IMG/VR virus record: IMGVR_UViG_3300044709_000096
Coordinates: 1-27,531 of that record
From: a virus
Taxonomy: Duplodnaviria; Caudoviricetes
DNA length: 27,531 nucleotides
Direction: 5' to 3' (one strand)
The position numbers and the translations under genes were made by a program. How positions within the stretch are numbered: the first letter of the stretch is position 1; each line of letters starts with the position of its first letter. The notes beneath the pieces are model-generated. The model was given only the letters and a program-made list of their open reading frames with translations, had not been told where the DNA came from and did not search any database. This document shows, one piece after another, positions 1 through 7,321 of the stretch.

Positions 1-8
1 CTCAGCGG
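1..8 (+). repeat. 8-bp terminal direct repeat CTCAGCGG (left copy)
   Basis: Bases 1-8 are identical to 27524-27531. Merging them restores the HNH reading frame. Confidence 0.85.
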
Positions 9-29
9 GAATGGCAGCGATTTCCCGCC

Positions 30-1445
30 GTGACGCCGTACTCCCTGGCTGATTTCACCCGGTTCTGCCGCCAGCTGAGGACCGAGGCCGGCAAGACCCT
101 GGTCCTTCAGGCGTTCCAGCGCCGGCTCCTGGCTCCCTATTTCCGGGGGACCCGGGAGACGGTGATCGTGCTGCCGACCGGCAACGGCAAGACGACCCTG
201 CTCGCGGCGCTCGCGGTCTATCACATGCTCCGCGTGCCGAACGCCCAGGTGCTGATCGTGGCCTCGGCGGCCGACCAGGCGGCGACGCTGTTCAAGCAGT
301 GCCGGATCCTCATCCAGGACTCGCCGCTCGAGGTGCTCCTGGACGTGAAGAACGGCATCCGGGCGATCTACCACAAGGGGGAGGGGCCGAACCGCCGCCG
401 GGCCGGGGAGATCCGGGTCATCGCCTCGGAGGTCGGCAAGCAAGAGGGGGCCATCCCGACCCTGGTCCTGGTGGACGAGCTCCATGCCCATCACGACCTG
501 GCGATGTACGAGATGCTCCGGGACAAGCTGTGGAAGCGCGCCTCAGAACGAGGCTGCGGGCGGATGATCGCCATCTCCACCGCCGGTTTCACGTTCAACA
601 GCCCGCTCTACAAGCTCCGCGAGACGGTCATCGAGCTCCCGACCTACAAGCGCCGAGGTCCGATGTGCTCGGCGACGGGTCCGGGGTTCTCCTGGCACGA
701 ATACGCGCTCGACCCCGACCAGGACCGGGACGATCTCAGTCTTGTGGTGAAGGTCAACCCCGCGCCGTGGGTGACCAGGAAGGCTCTCCAGGCACGGAAA
801 TCCTCCCCGACGATGAGTCCGGGGGAGTGGGCACGGAGCGCCTGCAACGTCTGGACCGCCGGCGCCGAGCAGCCCATCAAACCTGAGGAGTGGGACCGGC
901 TCCGGGTGGACATCGGAGCGATCGAGGACGGCGAGCAGGTCATCCTGGTCCCTTCGGTCGGGCACAACGCCGCCATCGGCATCGCCGCCGAACGCTCGGA
1001 CGGCCGGGTGGCGGTGCGCGCCGAGATCCTTCCGGCCGAGGAGACCGGCTCGACTTTGATCCGAACCGAGGACCGGATCCTCGAGCTCTGCAAGCGCTAC
1101 GACGTGCTCGGGGTCCATCACCCATTGGGGGCGTTCATCCGTTCGGCCGATCTTCTCTCGGGCGAGGGCGTGCCGATGGTGGAAGCCCCGCACTCGGTGA
1201 CCAGGCTCTCGGCGGCGTCGGGGACGTTCAACCGGATGCTCCGCTCGGGACTGTTGATGCACGACGGCGACCCTGAACTGCGCGCCCATGTGCTCTCGGC
1301 GACGCTCAAGACGAACGAGGCCGGCGAGCGCTATGAGATCTCGGACAGGGCGCGGGCGCTGATCGCGCTGGTGATGGCGGTCCACGCCGCGACCGTGTTC
1401 GAGCCTGAGCCCTACATCGGGCTCCCTTCGGAGGGGATCGGATGA
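30..1445 (+). CDS. terL: Terminase large subunit (ATPase motifs present, nuclease acidic residues apparently absent)
   Basis: Walker A LPTGNGKT, Walker B VLVDE, coupling motif ISTAG, C-terminal 'HDGDPEL..HV' and 'ALVMA' patterns of HK97-like TerL; directly upstream of portal. Confidence 0.93.
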   Translation: MTPYSLADFTRFCRQLRTEAGKTLVLQAFQRRLLAPYFRGTRETVIVLPTGNGKTTLLAALAVYHMLRVPNAQVLIVASAADQAATLFKQCRILIQDSPLEVLLDVKNGIRAIYHKGEGPNRRRAGEIRVIASEVGKQEGAIPTLVLVDELHAHHDLAMYEMLRDKLWKRASERGCGRMIAISTAGFTFNSPLYKLRETVIELPTYKRRGPMCSATGPGFSWHEYALDPDQDRDDLSLVVKVNPAPWVTRKALQARKSSPTMSPGEWARSACNVWTAGAEQPIKPEEWDRLRVDIGAIEDGEQVILVPSVGHNAAIGIAAERSDGRVAVRAEILPAEETGSTLIRTEDRILELCKRYDVLGVHHPLGAFIRSADLLSGEGVPMVEAPHSVTRLSAASGTFNRMLRSGLLMHDGDPELRAHVLSATLKTNEAGERYEISDRARALIALVMAVHAATVFEPEPYIGLPSEGIG

Positions 1446-2626
1446 GCTTCAAGGACTGGTTCGCCTCCAAGCCCGACATGGAGTTCGAGATCACCGTCCC
1501 CCCGGAGATGCGCGAGGGGATGACCTTCGGCGGCACGATCGCCCCGAGGATCTCGCGGACCGAGGCTCTGCAGGTCCCGGCGGTCCTTCGCTCCCGCAAC
1601 CTCATCGCGGGGACCCTTGCCCGCCTGCCGATCCATATCCGCGACAAGGATCGCAATATCGCGTCACCCACGACCTTGCTCGACCAGATCGACCCGGACA
1701 TCCCCAACGTCGTCACGGTCGCCAACACGTACGAGGACTTGCTGTTCGAGGGCATCTCTTGGTGGCGGGTGCTGGAGTTCGGCTGGCACGACTACCCGAC
1801 CTTCGCCGAGCACATCAGTCCCAACCGTGTCCACGTCCAGGGGTGGATCCCTCCGGTGAACGGCTCGAGCCCGTCGAACGCGGTAGGACCGGCTCGCGTC
1901 TACATCGACGGTTATCCGGTCAACGACAACCAGGTCATCCGGTTCGACTCGCCCAACCCGCCGCTCCTGGTCCACGCCGCGCGCGCGATCCGAACCTGCC
2001 TCACGCTGGATAGGACCGCGGCCGGGTACTCGGACCAGCCCATCCCTCTCGGGTACTTCACGCCGAAGGATGGGTTGCGCCCGAAAGAAGACGACGCCTC
2101 CGTGGGGACGCTGCTGGACCGGTGGGAAGCCGCTCGGTCCCGCAGGGTCTACGGCTACGTCGGGGCGGCGTGGGAACTCAAGACCCTGCAGTTCAACGCC
2201 GAACAGATCCAGCTCGCCGAGCAGCGCCAACACGCGGTCCTGGAGATCGCCCGAGCCGCAGGGATCGACCCCGAAGACCTAGGGGTCTCCACGACTTCTC
2301 GGACGTATCAGAACGCCGAGCAGCGGCGGTTGGACCTGGTCGACTTCACGTTCGCGCCGTACATGAGCGCCATCGAGCAACGCCTGTCGATGCGCGACGT
2401 CCTGCCCAGGGGCTACACGGCCAAGGTCAACCTGGACGGGTTCCTGCGCGGCGACACGAAGACGCGGATGCAGACCTACGAGATCGGCAAAGGCGTCGGC
2501 GCCTACACCGAGGACGAGATCCGCGAGCTCGAGGACCGGCCGAACCTCACGCCGGCCCAACGTGCGAGGAACGCCCCACCGGCCGCGATGCCGGCGCAGC
2601 AACCGCAGACCCAGGAGGCCACATGA
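1442..2626 (+). CDS. Portal protein (HK97 family)
   Basis: ALQVPAV..SRNLIAGTLARLP, EIARAAGIDP, YQNAE, IEQRLS, DEIRELED motifs; ATGA overlap with terL. Confidence 0.95.
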   Translation: MSFKDWFASKPDMEFEITVPPEMREGMTFGGTIAPRISRTEALQVPAVLRSRNLIAGTLARLPIHIRDKDRNIASPTTLLDQIDPDIPNVVTVANTYEDLLFEGISWWRVLEFGWHDYPTFAEHISPNRVHVQGWIPPVNGSSPSNAVGPARVYIDGYPVNDNQVIRFDSPNPPLLVHAARAIRTCLTLDRTAAGYSDQPIPLGYFTPKDGLRPKEDDASVGTLLDRWEAARSRRVYGYVGAAWELKTLQFNAEQIQLAEQRQHAVLEIARAAGIDPEDLGVSTTSRTYQNAEQRRLDLVDFTFAPYMSAIEQRLSMRDVLPRGYTAKVNLDGFLRGDTKTRMQTYEIGKGVGAYTEDEIRELEDRPNLTPAQRARNAPPAAMPAQQPQTQEAT

Positions 2627-4419
2627 CCGACGAGACGAGGATCACCTTCGCCGAGGACGAGACGGTCTCGGCGTCGTTCAGCGCGGATGTGGAACGCCGG
2701 ATCATCGGCGGCATCGTCGTCCCTTGGGGCAAGGTGGCCCGGTCGGGCTTCGCCAAGTGGCGCTTCGCTAAGGGCTCACTGCGCTGGGCCGACACCCGGC
2801 GCGTCAAGCTCAACATGAACCACGACCACACGCAGCCCATCGCGTATGCGTCGCGCCTGCACAACACGGTGGATGGGCTGGAAGCGACGTTCAAGGTGGC
2901 TCGCGGGGAGGAGGGTGATAAGGCGCTGGCATTGGCCGAGGACGGTGTCCTCGATGGCTTCTCCATCGAAGTGGACTTCGATGACGGAGATGGCTGGCAG
3001 CCCGATCCCGACGACGAGGATGTCCGACTGGTAACGCAGGGCCGACTGGCGGGCGTCGCGCTCACCGGCTTCCCGGCGTTCGACGACGCTCGAGCGGACC
3101 GCGTTGCGGCGGCTCGGCAAGGAGGAATGATGACAGAGGACTTGAAGAACCCGCAGGGGGTGGACGAGGAGCCGATCGACTTCGAGGCGCACCTGTCCGC
3201 TCTCGCCGACCGGGTTGCGAAGAACCAGGAGGAGTTCCTGGCGCAGTTCGGCAAGGGCGTCACCGAGACGCTGGACGCCAGCATCCGCACCACGCTGGAG
3301 AACATCGGCTCACCGGAGCAGGGGCCGGCGACGGTCAGGGCGGCGCGGTACTCCACGCTCAAGGAGCCGTCGGTCTACACCTTCGACGGCCGCGGCGATT
3401 CGCTCGTCCGGGATGCATGGGCGGCGGCTCGCGACCACGACGAGGACGCGATCCATCGGCTCCGCAAGTTCCGCGCACAGTCCGAGGACATGGCCGAGGT
3501 GGTCCACCACGCGGTGAACTTCGCGCCGCAGACCACCACCACGGCCGCGTCGATCATCCCTCCCGGCTACCGGCCCGACCTATATGTGTCGGACCTGTTC
3601 CGCCAGCGGCCGCTGGTCAGCCTGGCGTCGCAGGGGACGATCGCCAACGCCACGCCGTTCACCGTGCCGAAGTTCAGCTCGGTCACGACCGGCTCGGCGA
3701 CCCACGTGGAGGGCACGAACCCCTCCGACGGTGCGCTGGCGTTCACGCCGCAGGTCGTGACGCCGCAGGCCATCTCAGGGCGCATCGTGCTCACCCGTGA
3801 GATCGTGGACTCCTCGAACCCGGCGATCGACCAGATCGCGTTCGCCGAGATGCGGGAGTCCTACGAGCGGCAGACCGAGACGATCGTCTACACGCTGCTG
3901 AACGGCGCGAACGGCGCCGGCGGCACGATCACCTCAGGGTTCGTTCCCTCCGGTGCACAGGCGGTCACCACGGCCGGCGGTACGGACAACCAGACGCTCG
4001 TTAAGGCGATCCGCAAGGCCGTGGCGGACTACTGGTTTGCGCGGTTCGCCCCTCCGACCGGCGCTGCGATGGGCCAGGGTGCAACGGCAAGGCTCGCCCA
4101 GGCGTTTGACACCACACAGCGTCCGCTGTTCCCCTGGACGGGTGGCATGAACGCAGCCGGCGTGGCGAACCCGCCAGCGGCCGGCTACCAGGTCGATTCG
4201 CTCACGTTCCAGCCGGCCTGGGCGATGACCGGGGTTGCGGCAGGTGACTCGCAGATGTTCCTGATCAAGGCATCGGACCTGTGGGTCTGGGAGTCGCCGC
4301 TGCTCACGTTCCGGTTCGAGGAGAAGCAAGGCCCGGCCAACATCGAGCTGAACATCTTCGCCTACTTCGGTACGGCGCTGATCCGGCCGGTGGGTCTGTC
4401 CGGGATCCGCATCACGTAG
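2623..4419 (+). CDS. Fused prohead protease - scaffold - major capsid protein (598 aa)
   Basis: ATG 2623 after AGGAGG overlaps the portal stop. N-terminal HK97-type protease motifs (NHDH, DGVLDGFSIE, PAF) are followed in frame by a capsid-like region (EG...P...L.F, SRE-like TREIVDSSNP). Confidence 0.9.
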   Translation: MTDETRITFAEDETVSASFSADVERRIIGGIVVPWGKVARSGFAKWRFAKGSLRWADTRRVKLNMNHDHTQPIAYASRLHNTVDGLEATFKVARGEEGDKALALAEDGVLDGFSIEVDFDDGDGWQPDPDDEDVRLVTQGRLAGVALTGFPAFDDARADRVAAARQGGMMTEDLKNPQGVDEEPIDFEAHLSALADRVAKNQEEFLAQFGKGVTETLDASIRTTLENIGSPEQGPATVRAARYSTLKEPSVYTFDGRGDSLVRDAWAAARDHDEDAIHRLRKFRAQSEDMAEVVHHAVNFAPQTTTTAASIIPPGYRPDLYVSDLFRQRPLVSLASQGTIANATPFTVPKFSSVTTGSATHVEGTNPSDGALAFTPQVVTPQAISGRIVLTREIVDSSNPAIDQIAFAEMRESYERQTETIVYTLLNGANGAGGTITSGFVPSGAQAVTTAGGTDNQTLVKAIRKAVADYWFARFAPPTGAAMGQGATARLAQAFDTTQRPLFPWTGGMNAAGVANPPAAGYQVDSLTFQPAWAMTGVAAGDSQMFLIKASDLWVWESPLLTFRFEEKQGPANIELNIFAYFGTALIRPVGLSGIRIT

Positions 4420-4433
4420 CAAGAACGGGTTCA

Positions 4434-4459
4434 GGGGGGAGGGCTCCGGCTCTCCCCCT
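4434..4459 (+). terminator. GC-rich hairpin after capsid gene
   Basis: GGGGGAGGGC-TCCG-GCTCTCCCCC stem-loop. It has no U-tract, so it may be a partial terminator or stability element. Confidence 0.5.
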
Positions 4460-4482
4460 CCGCTCTCGAGCAAGGAGGAACG

Positions 4483-4782
4483 ATGGCAGCGATTACAGTT
4501 GTGGCGAAAGGTGCCGCGATGACCATGGCAGCGGCATCCGGTGGTGGAGATACCGTCGCGGGGACCGGCACGAACGCCGGTGGATGGCAGTCCGCGGGCA
4601 CCCCGGTGCTCGTCGCCACCGTAGGCGCCAACTCCACGGTCATCACGATCGACGGGGTGGCGCAGCCTGCGTTCATCTCGGGGACCGCGGTGTACCCGCT
4701 GCCCACGGGCGTCTATCCGCGCTCGCTCGCGGTCACCTACAGCCAGGTGACCGGTCTGACCGTCGGTGCGGCGGTGCTCTGA
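4483..4782 (+). CDS. Small virion protein (possible capsid decoration)
   Basis: AAGGAGG RBS; Ala/Gly/Thr/Val-rich beta-type composition; directly after the capsid gene. Confidence 0.65.
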   Translation: MAAITVVAKGAAMTMAAASGGGDTVAGTGTNAGGWQSAGTPVLVATVGANSTVITIDGVAQPAFISGTAVYPLPTGVYPRSLAVTYSQVTGLTVGAAVL

Positions 4783-4946
4783 TGGACGAGGAACGGGTCC
4801 AGGAGACCGACGAGGGCTACTACGTCCAGAGCGGCGACGTCCTGGAGTGGAAGTGGAAGTCGGGTCCAACGACCCACGCGACCCCATCGCCCAAGCCAGA
4901 GCCTGAGAAGCCGACGCGGCGGGCGAAGAAGGCCGCGAAGAAGTGA
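4782..4946 (+). CDS. Hypothetical 54-aa protein with Lys/Pro-rich tail
   Basis: ATG in a TGATG overlap; MDEERVQETDEGYY...KKAAKK; stop overlaps the next GTG. Confidence 0.65.
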   Translation: MDEERVQETDEGYYVQSGDVLEWKWKSGPTTHATPSPKPEPEKPTRRAKKAAKK

Positions 4947-5524
4947 GCGATCCCTTCGTCTCCGCCGGGGAGTTCTGCGACTGGACCGGGTTGCCGGTTC
5001 CCACGGACCTGACCCGTATCCAGTCGATCCTGGCGGCGGCGTCATCGGTCATCCGCGGCTACACGGGGCAGGTGCTCTCGCAGGTCACGGGGGACGTGAT
5101 CGTGGTTCGGTCCGAGTACGACTCGGTCACCGGATGGCGTAACCCACCACCGCGCGCGCTCGGGGGGGTCATCTACCTCCCCGAGCGTCCGGTGACGGCC
5201 TGCACGATCACCGTGTCAGCCGTGTCCTTCACCGCGTTCGAGTTCACCGCCGAGGGGGTGGTGCAGCGCACCGACGGTCTCCCGTGGGACCAGGACGCCA
5301 CCATCACCTACACCCACGGCTACACGGAGAACTCCGAGGAGATGCGGCAGCTCAAGAGCATCTGCATCGACGCCGCGGCCAGGGCCTACACGCTGAACGA
5401 GCGCGGTGCCGGAGAGGCGTACGGCATGGAGCTCATGGAGTCCAGAGGATGGGCGCCGGCGGTCTTCCTGCTCCCGAACGAAAGCATGCGTCTGTCGGCC
5501 TTCGGGGCGATCCCCGTTGGGTAG
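4943..5524 (+). CDS. Head-tail adaptor protein
   Basis: 'L.AAS.VIRGYTGQ', 'LPERPV', 'ITYTHGY' patterns typical of actinophage adaptors; position after capsid. Confidence 0.8.
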   Translation: MSDPFVSAGEFCDWTGLPVPTDLTRIQSILAAASSVIRGYTGQVLSQVTGDVIVVRSEYDSVTGWRNPPPRALGGVIYLPERPVTACTITVSAVSFTAFEFTAEGVVQRTDGLPWDQDATITYTHGYTENSEEMRQLKSICIDAAARAYTLNERGAGEAYGMELMESRGWAPAVFLLPNESMRLSAFGAIPVG

Positions 5525-5873
5525 CCTCCTTCACGGCGTCGCCGAGACCCGTGCCGCGCTCGAGCGGGTGCGCTTCGAGATCGAGGCCGCTTCCGGTCCC
5601 GCCGTCGGTGCAGCCGGAACCGTGGTGGCTCGGGAGATGGCATCGCGCGCTCCCCGAGATACCGGACGCCTGGCGGCGTCGATCGACGTGGACGTGCAGA
5701 CGGTTGGGGAGGGAGCCACGGCCAAGGTCGGGGCGCAGGTCCCCTACGACCGCTTCGTGCAGTTCGGAACGGTCTACATGATGGCGCAGCCCTACGGACG
5801 GGACGCGAGCGAGGACTCGACCTCCGGCGTGGTGGCGGCGATGGCGTCGGTCTACAAGGCCGCGATCGAGTAA
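5517..5873 (+). CDS. HK97 gp10-like neck/tail completion protein
   Basis: 'APRDTGRLAASI', 'Y..FVQFGT..M.AQPY' motifs; probable TTG start at 5517. Confidence 0.85.
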   Translation: MGSLLHGVAETRAALERVRFEIEAASGPAVGAAGTVVAREMASRAPRDTGRLAASIDVDVQTVGEGATAKVGAQVPYDRFVQFGTVYMMAQPYGRDASEDSTSGVVAAMASVYKAAIE

Positions 5874-5883
5874 GGAGGAAGGG

Positions 5884-6210
5884 ATGGCAACACTGACCGT
5901 GCAGAACTGCGCGATCACCGGACTGGCCCCGACGTACACCGCCGTGTCGGCGAGCGACGTGTTCACCAACGACGGCCGAACGGTGATCTACATCAAGAAC
6001 GCCGGCGGTTCCCCCGACACCGTGGGGATCGACTCCGTCGTGGCGTGCAACCAGGGCTTCGATCACGACGGTGGTGGCTCGGTCACCAACGGCACCGAGA
6101 AGGTCTTCGGACCCTTCGACCAGACCCGGTTCAACAACTCGAACGGTCAGGTGACCGTGACGAACTCGTTCCTCACCTCGGTCACCTGCGCCGTCATCAA
6201 GCTTCCATAG
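5884..6210 (+). CDS. Small beta-rich virion protein preceding the tail tube gene
   Basis: AAGGAGG RBS; 'NDGRTVIYIKN', 'FGPF' pattern; Thr/Gly/Asn-rich. Confidence 0.65.
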   Translation: MATLTVQNCAITGLAPTYTAVSASDVFTNDGRTVIYIKNAGGSPDTVGIDSVVACNQGFDHDGGGSVTNGTEKVFGPFDQTRFNNSNGQVTVTNSFLTSVTCAVIKLP

Positions 6211-6222
6211 GGGGGAGGTGAC

Positions 6223-6648
6223 ATGACCAAGGTTGCTGGCTACAACGGGATCCTCAAGCGCAACACCACCGGCTCGGTCTACGCGACCGTCGGGCAGATC
6301 ATGTCCATCGGCCCGGTCGGTTCCGATCGGGCGCTGATCGACGTCTCGGCTCACGGGGATCAGTGGTCCGACTTCGTCATCGGGCGTCAGGAGGGCAACG
6401 AGGTCGAGCTCACCATCGCGTATGACCCCGCCGACGCGCAGCACGTCGCTCTGAAGACGGACTACGACGCCTCCACGCCGGTCGCGAAGAACTACCAGCT
6501 GCAGCATCCGGCGTTCGCGACGCACGCGCTGCAGTTCCCGGCCTACACGACGCACTACGAGGAGGAAGCCACGGATGACGGCGCCTACGAGGCGCACATC
6601 ACGTTCAAGATCGTCAACCCCGGCGTCTCGGTGGTGACCCCGTCGTGA
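6223..6648 (+). CDS. Major tail (tube) protein
   Basis: GGAGG RBS; 'IDVSAH...W..F..G....E..LTI.YDP' tail-tube pattern; upstream of the chaperone and tape measure. Confidence 0.85.
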   Translation: MTKVAGYNGILKRNTTGSVYATVGQIMSIGPVGSDRALIDVSAHGDQWSDFVIGRQEGNEVELTIAYDPADAQHVALKTDYDASTPVAKNYQLQHPAFATHALQFPAYTTHYEEEATDDGAYEAHITFKIVNPGVSVVTPS

Positions 6649-7070
6649 GGCTTCGGGACAAGATCGCCGCAGCGCAGGCGAGTCCCGATCGCAAGCCGCT
6701 GGCCGTGGAGGTCCCCGAGTGGGACACCACGGTCTACCTCCGCAAGCTCACCGTCGAAGACCAGATCGAGATGTCCGAGGGTGTGGAAGCCAAGGACATG
6801 CCGGTCCAGGTGCTCCTTCACTGCCTGGTCGATGAGAACGGCGAGCCGGAGCTGACCGCCGAGGACGCTGCGCTGCTCGCCAAGGAGGAGTTCCCGACCA
6901 TCCTTCGTCTGTTCACCGAGGCCGCGAAGCTGAACGGTCTGACGACGAAGGAACTGGACGAGGCGATGGCGTCTTTCGACGGAACCCGGCCAAGCTCCGG
7001 GTCTTCCGACTGGCCCTCGCCCTCGGCAAACGGGTCGACGAGCTCGCAGACCTATCCAGTGCCGAGCTGA
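6645..7070 (+). CDS. Tail assembly chaperone (gpG-like)
   Basis: 'VEVPEW..TVYLRKLT', 'CLVDENGE' motifs; position between tail tube and TMP. Confidence 0.88.
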   Translation: MRLRDKIAAAQASPDRKPLAVEVPEWDTTVYLRKLTVEDQIEMSEGVEAKDMPVQVLLHCLVDENGEPELTAEDAALLAKEEFPTILRLFTEAAKLNGLTTKELDEAMASFDGTRPSSGSSDWPSPSANGSTSSQTYPVPS

Positions 7071-7321
7071 CCGACTGGGCGGCCTACGAGCAACTGCACG
7101 GCCCGCTTCTCGTCCATGAGCGCGTCGACTACGGCTTCGCGGTGCTCTGCACCCTGCTCGCGAACCTGAACCAGAAGCGGCGCTTCAAGCTCACGGACTT
7201 CCTCCCCTCCTGGTACGAGGTCCCCCTCCCCGACCCAGAGGAGGGGTTCCGACGCCTGCTCGAGATGGCGCAGAACGGAGGCTTCCCATCCCAACGATCA
7301 GCACCCTCACCGTCGACGTAG
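6974..7321 (+). CDS. gpT-like extension reached by -1 frameshift (G-T fusion)
   Basis: The -1 frame reads FRRNPAKLRVFRLALALGKRVDELADLSSAELTDWAAYEQLHGP...DFLP, a gpT-like sequence without its own start; stop TAG 7319-7321. Confidence 0.8.
   Translation, partial: FRRNPAKLRVFRLALALGKRVDELADLSSAELTDWAAYEQLHGPLLVHERVDYGFAVLCTLLANLNQKRRFKLTDFLPSWYEVPLPDPEEGFRRLLEMAQNGGFPSQRSAPSPST

Noticed and set aside
2122-2622. 765-aa ORF start extending the capsid fusion upstream
   Set aside because: It overlaps the portal by 500 nt with Arg/Pro-rich off-frame sequence. ATG 2623 has a strong SD and ATGA coupling.
7260-7321. Second -1 frameshift fusing gpGT to the tape measure at TTC CCA
   Set aside because: Formally possible because the frames overlap, but the perfect SD spacing before ATC and the parallel case at 22642 favour independent initiation.
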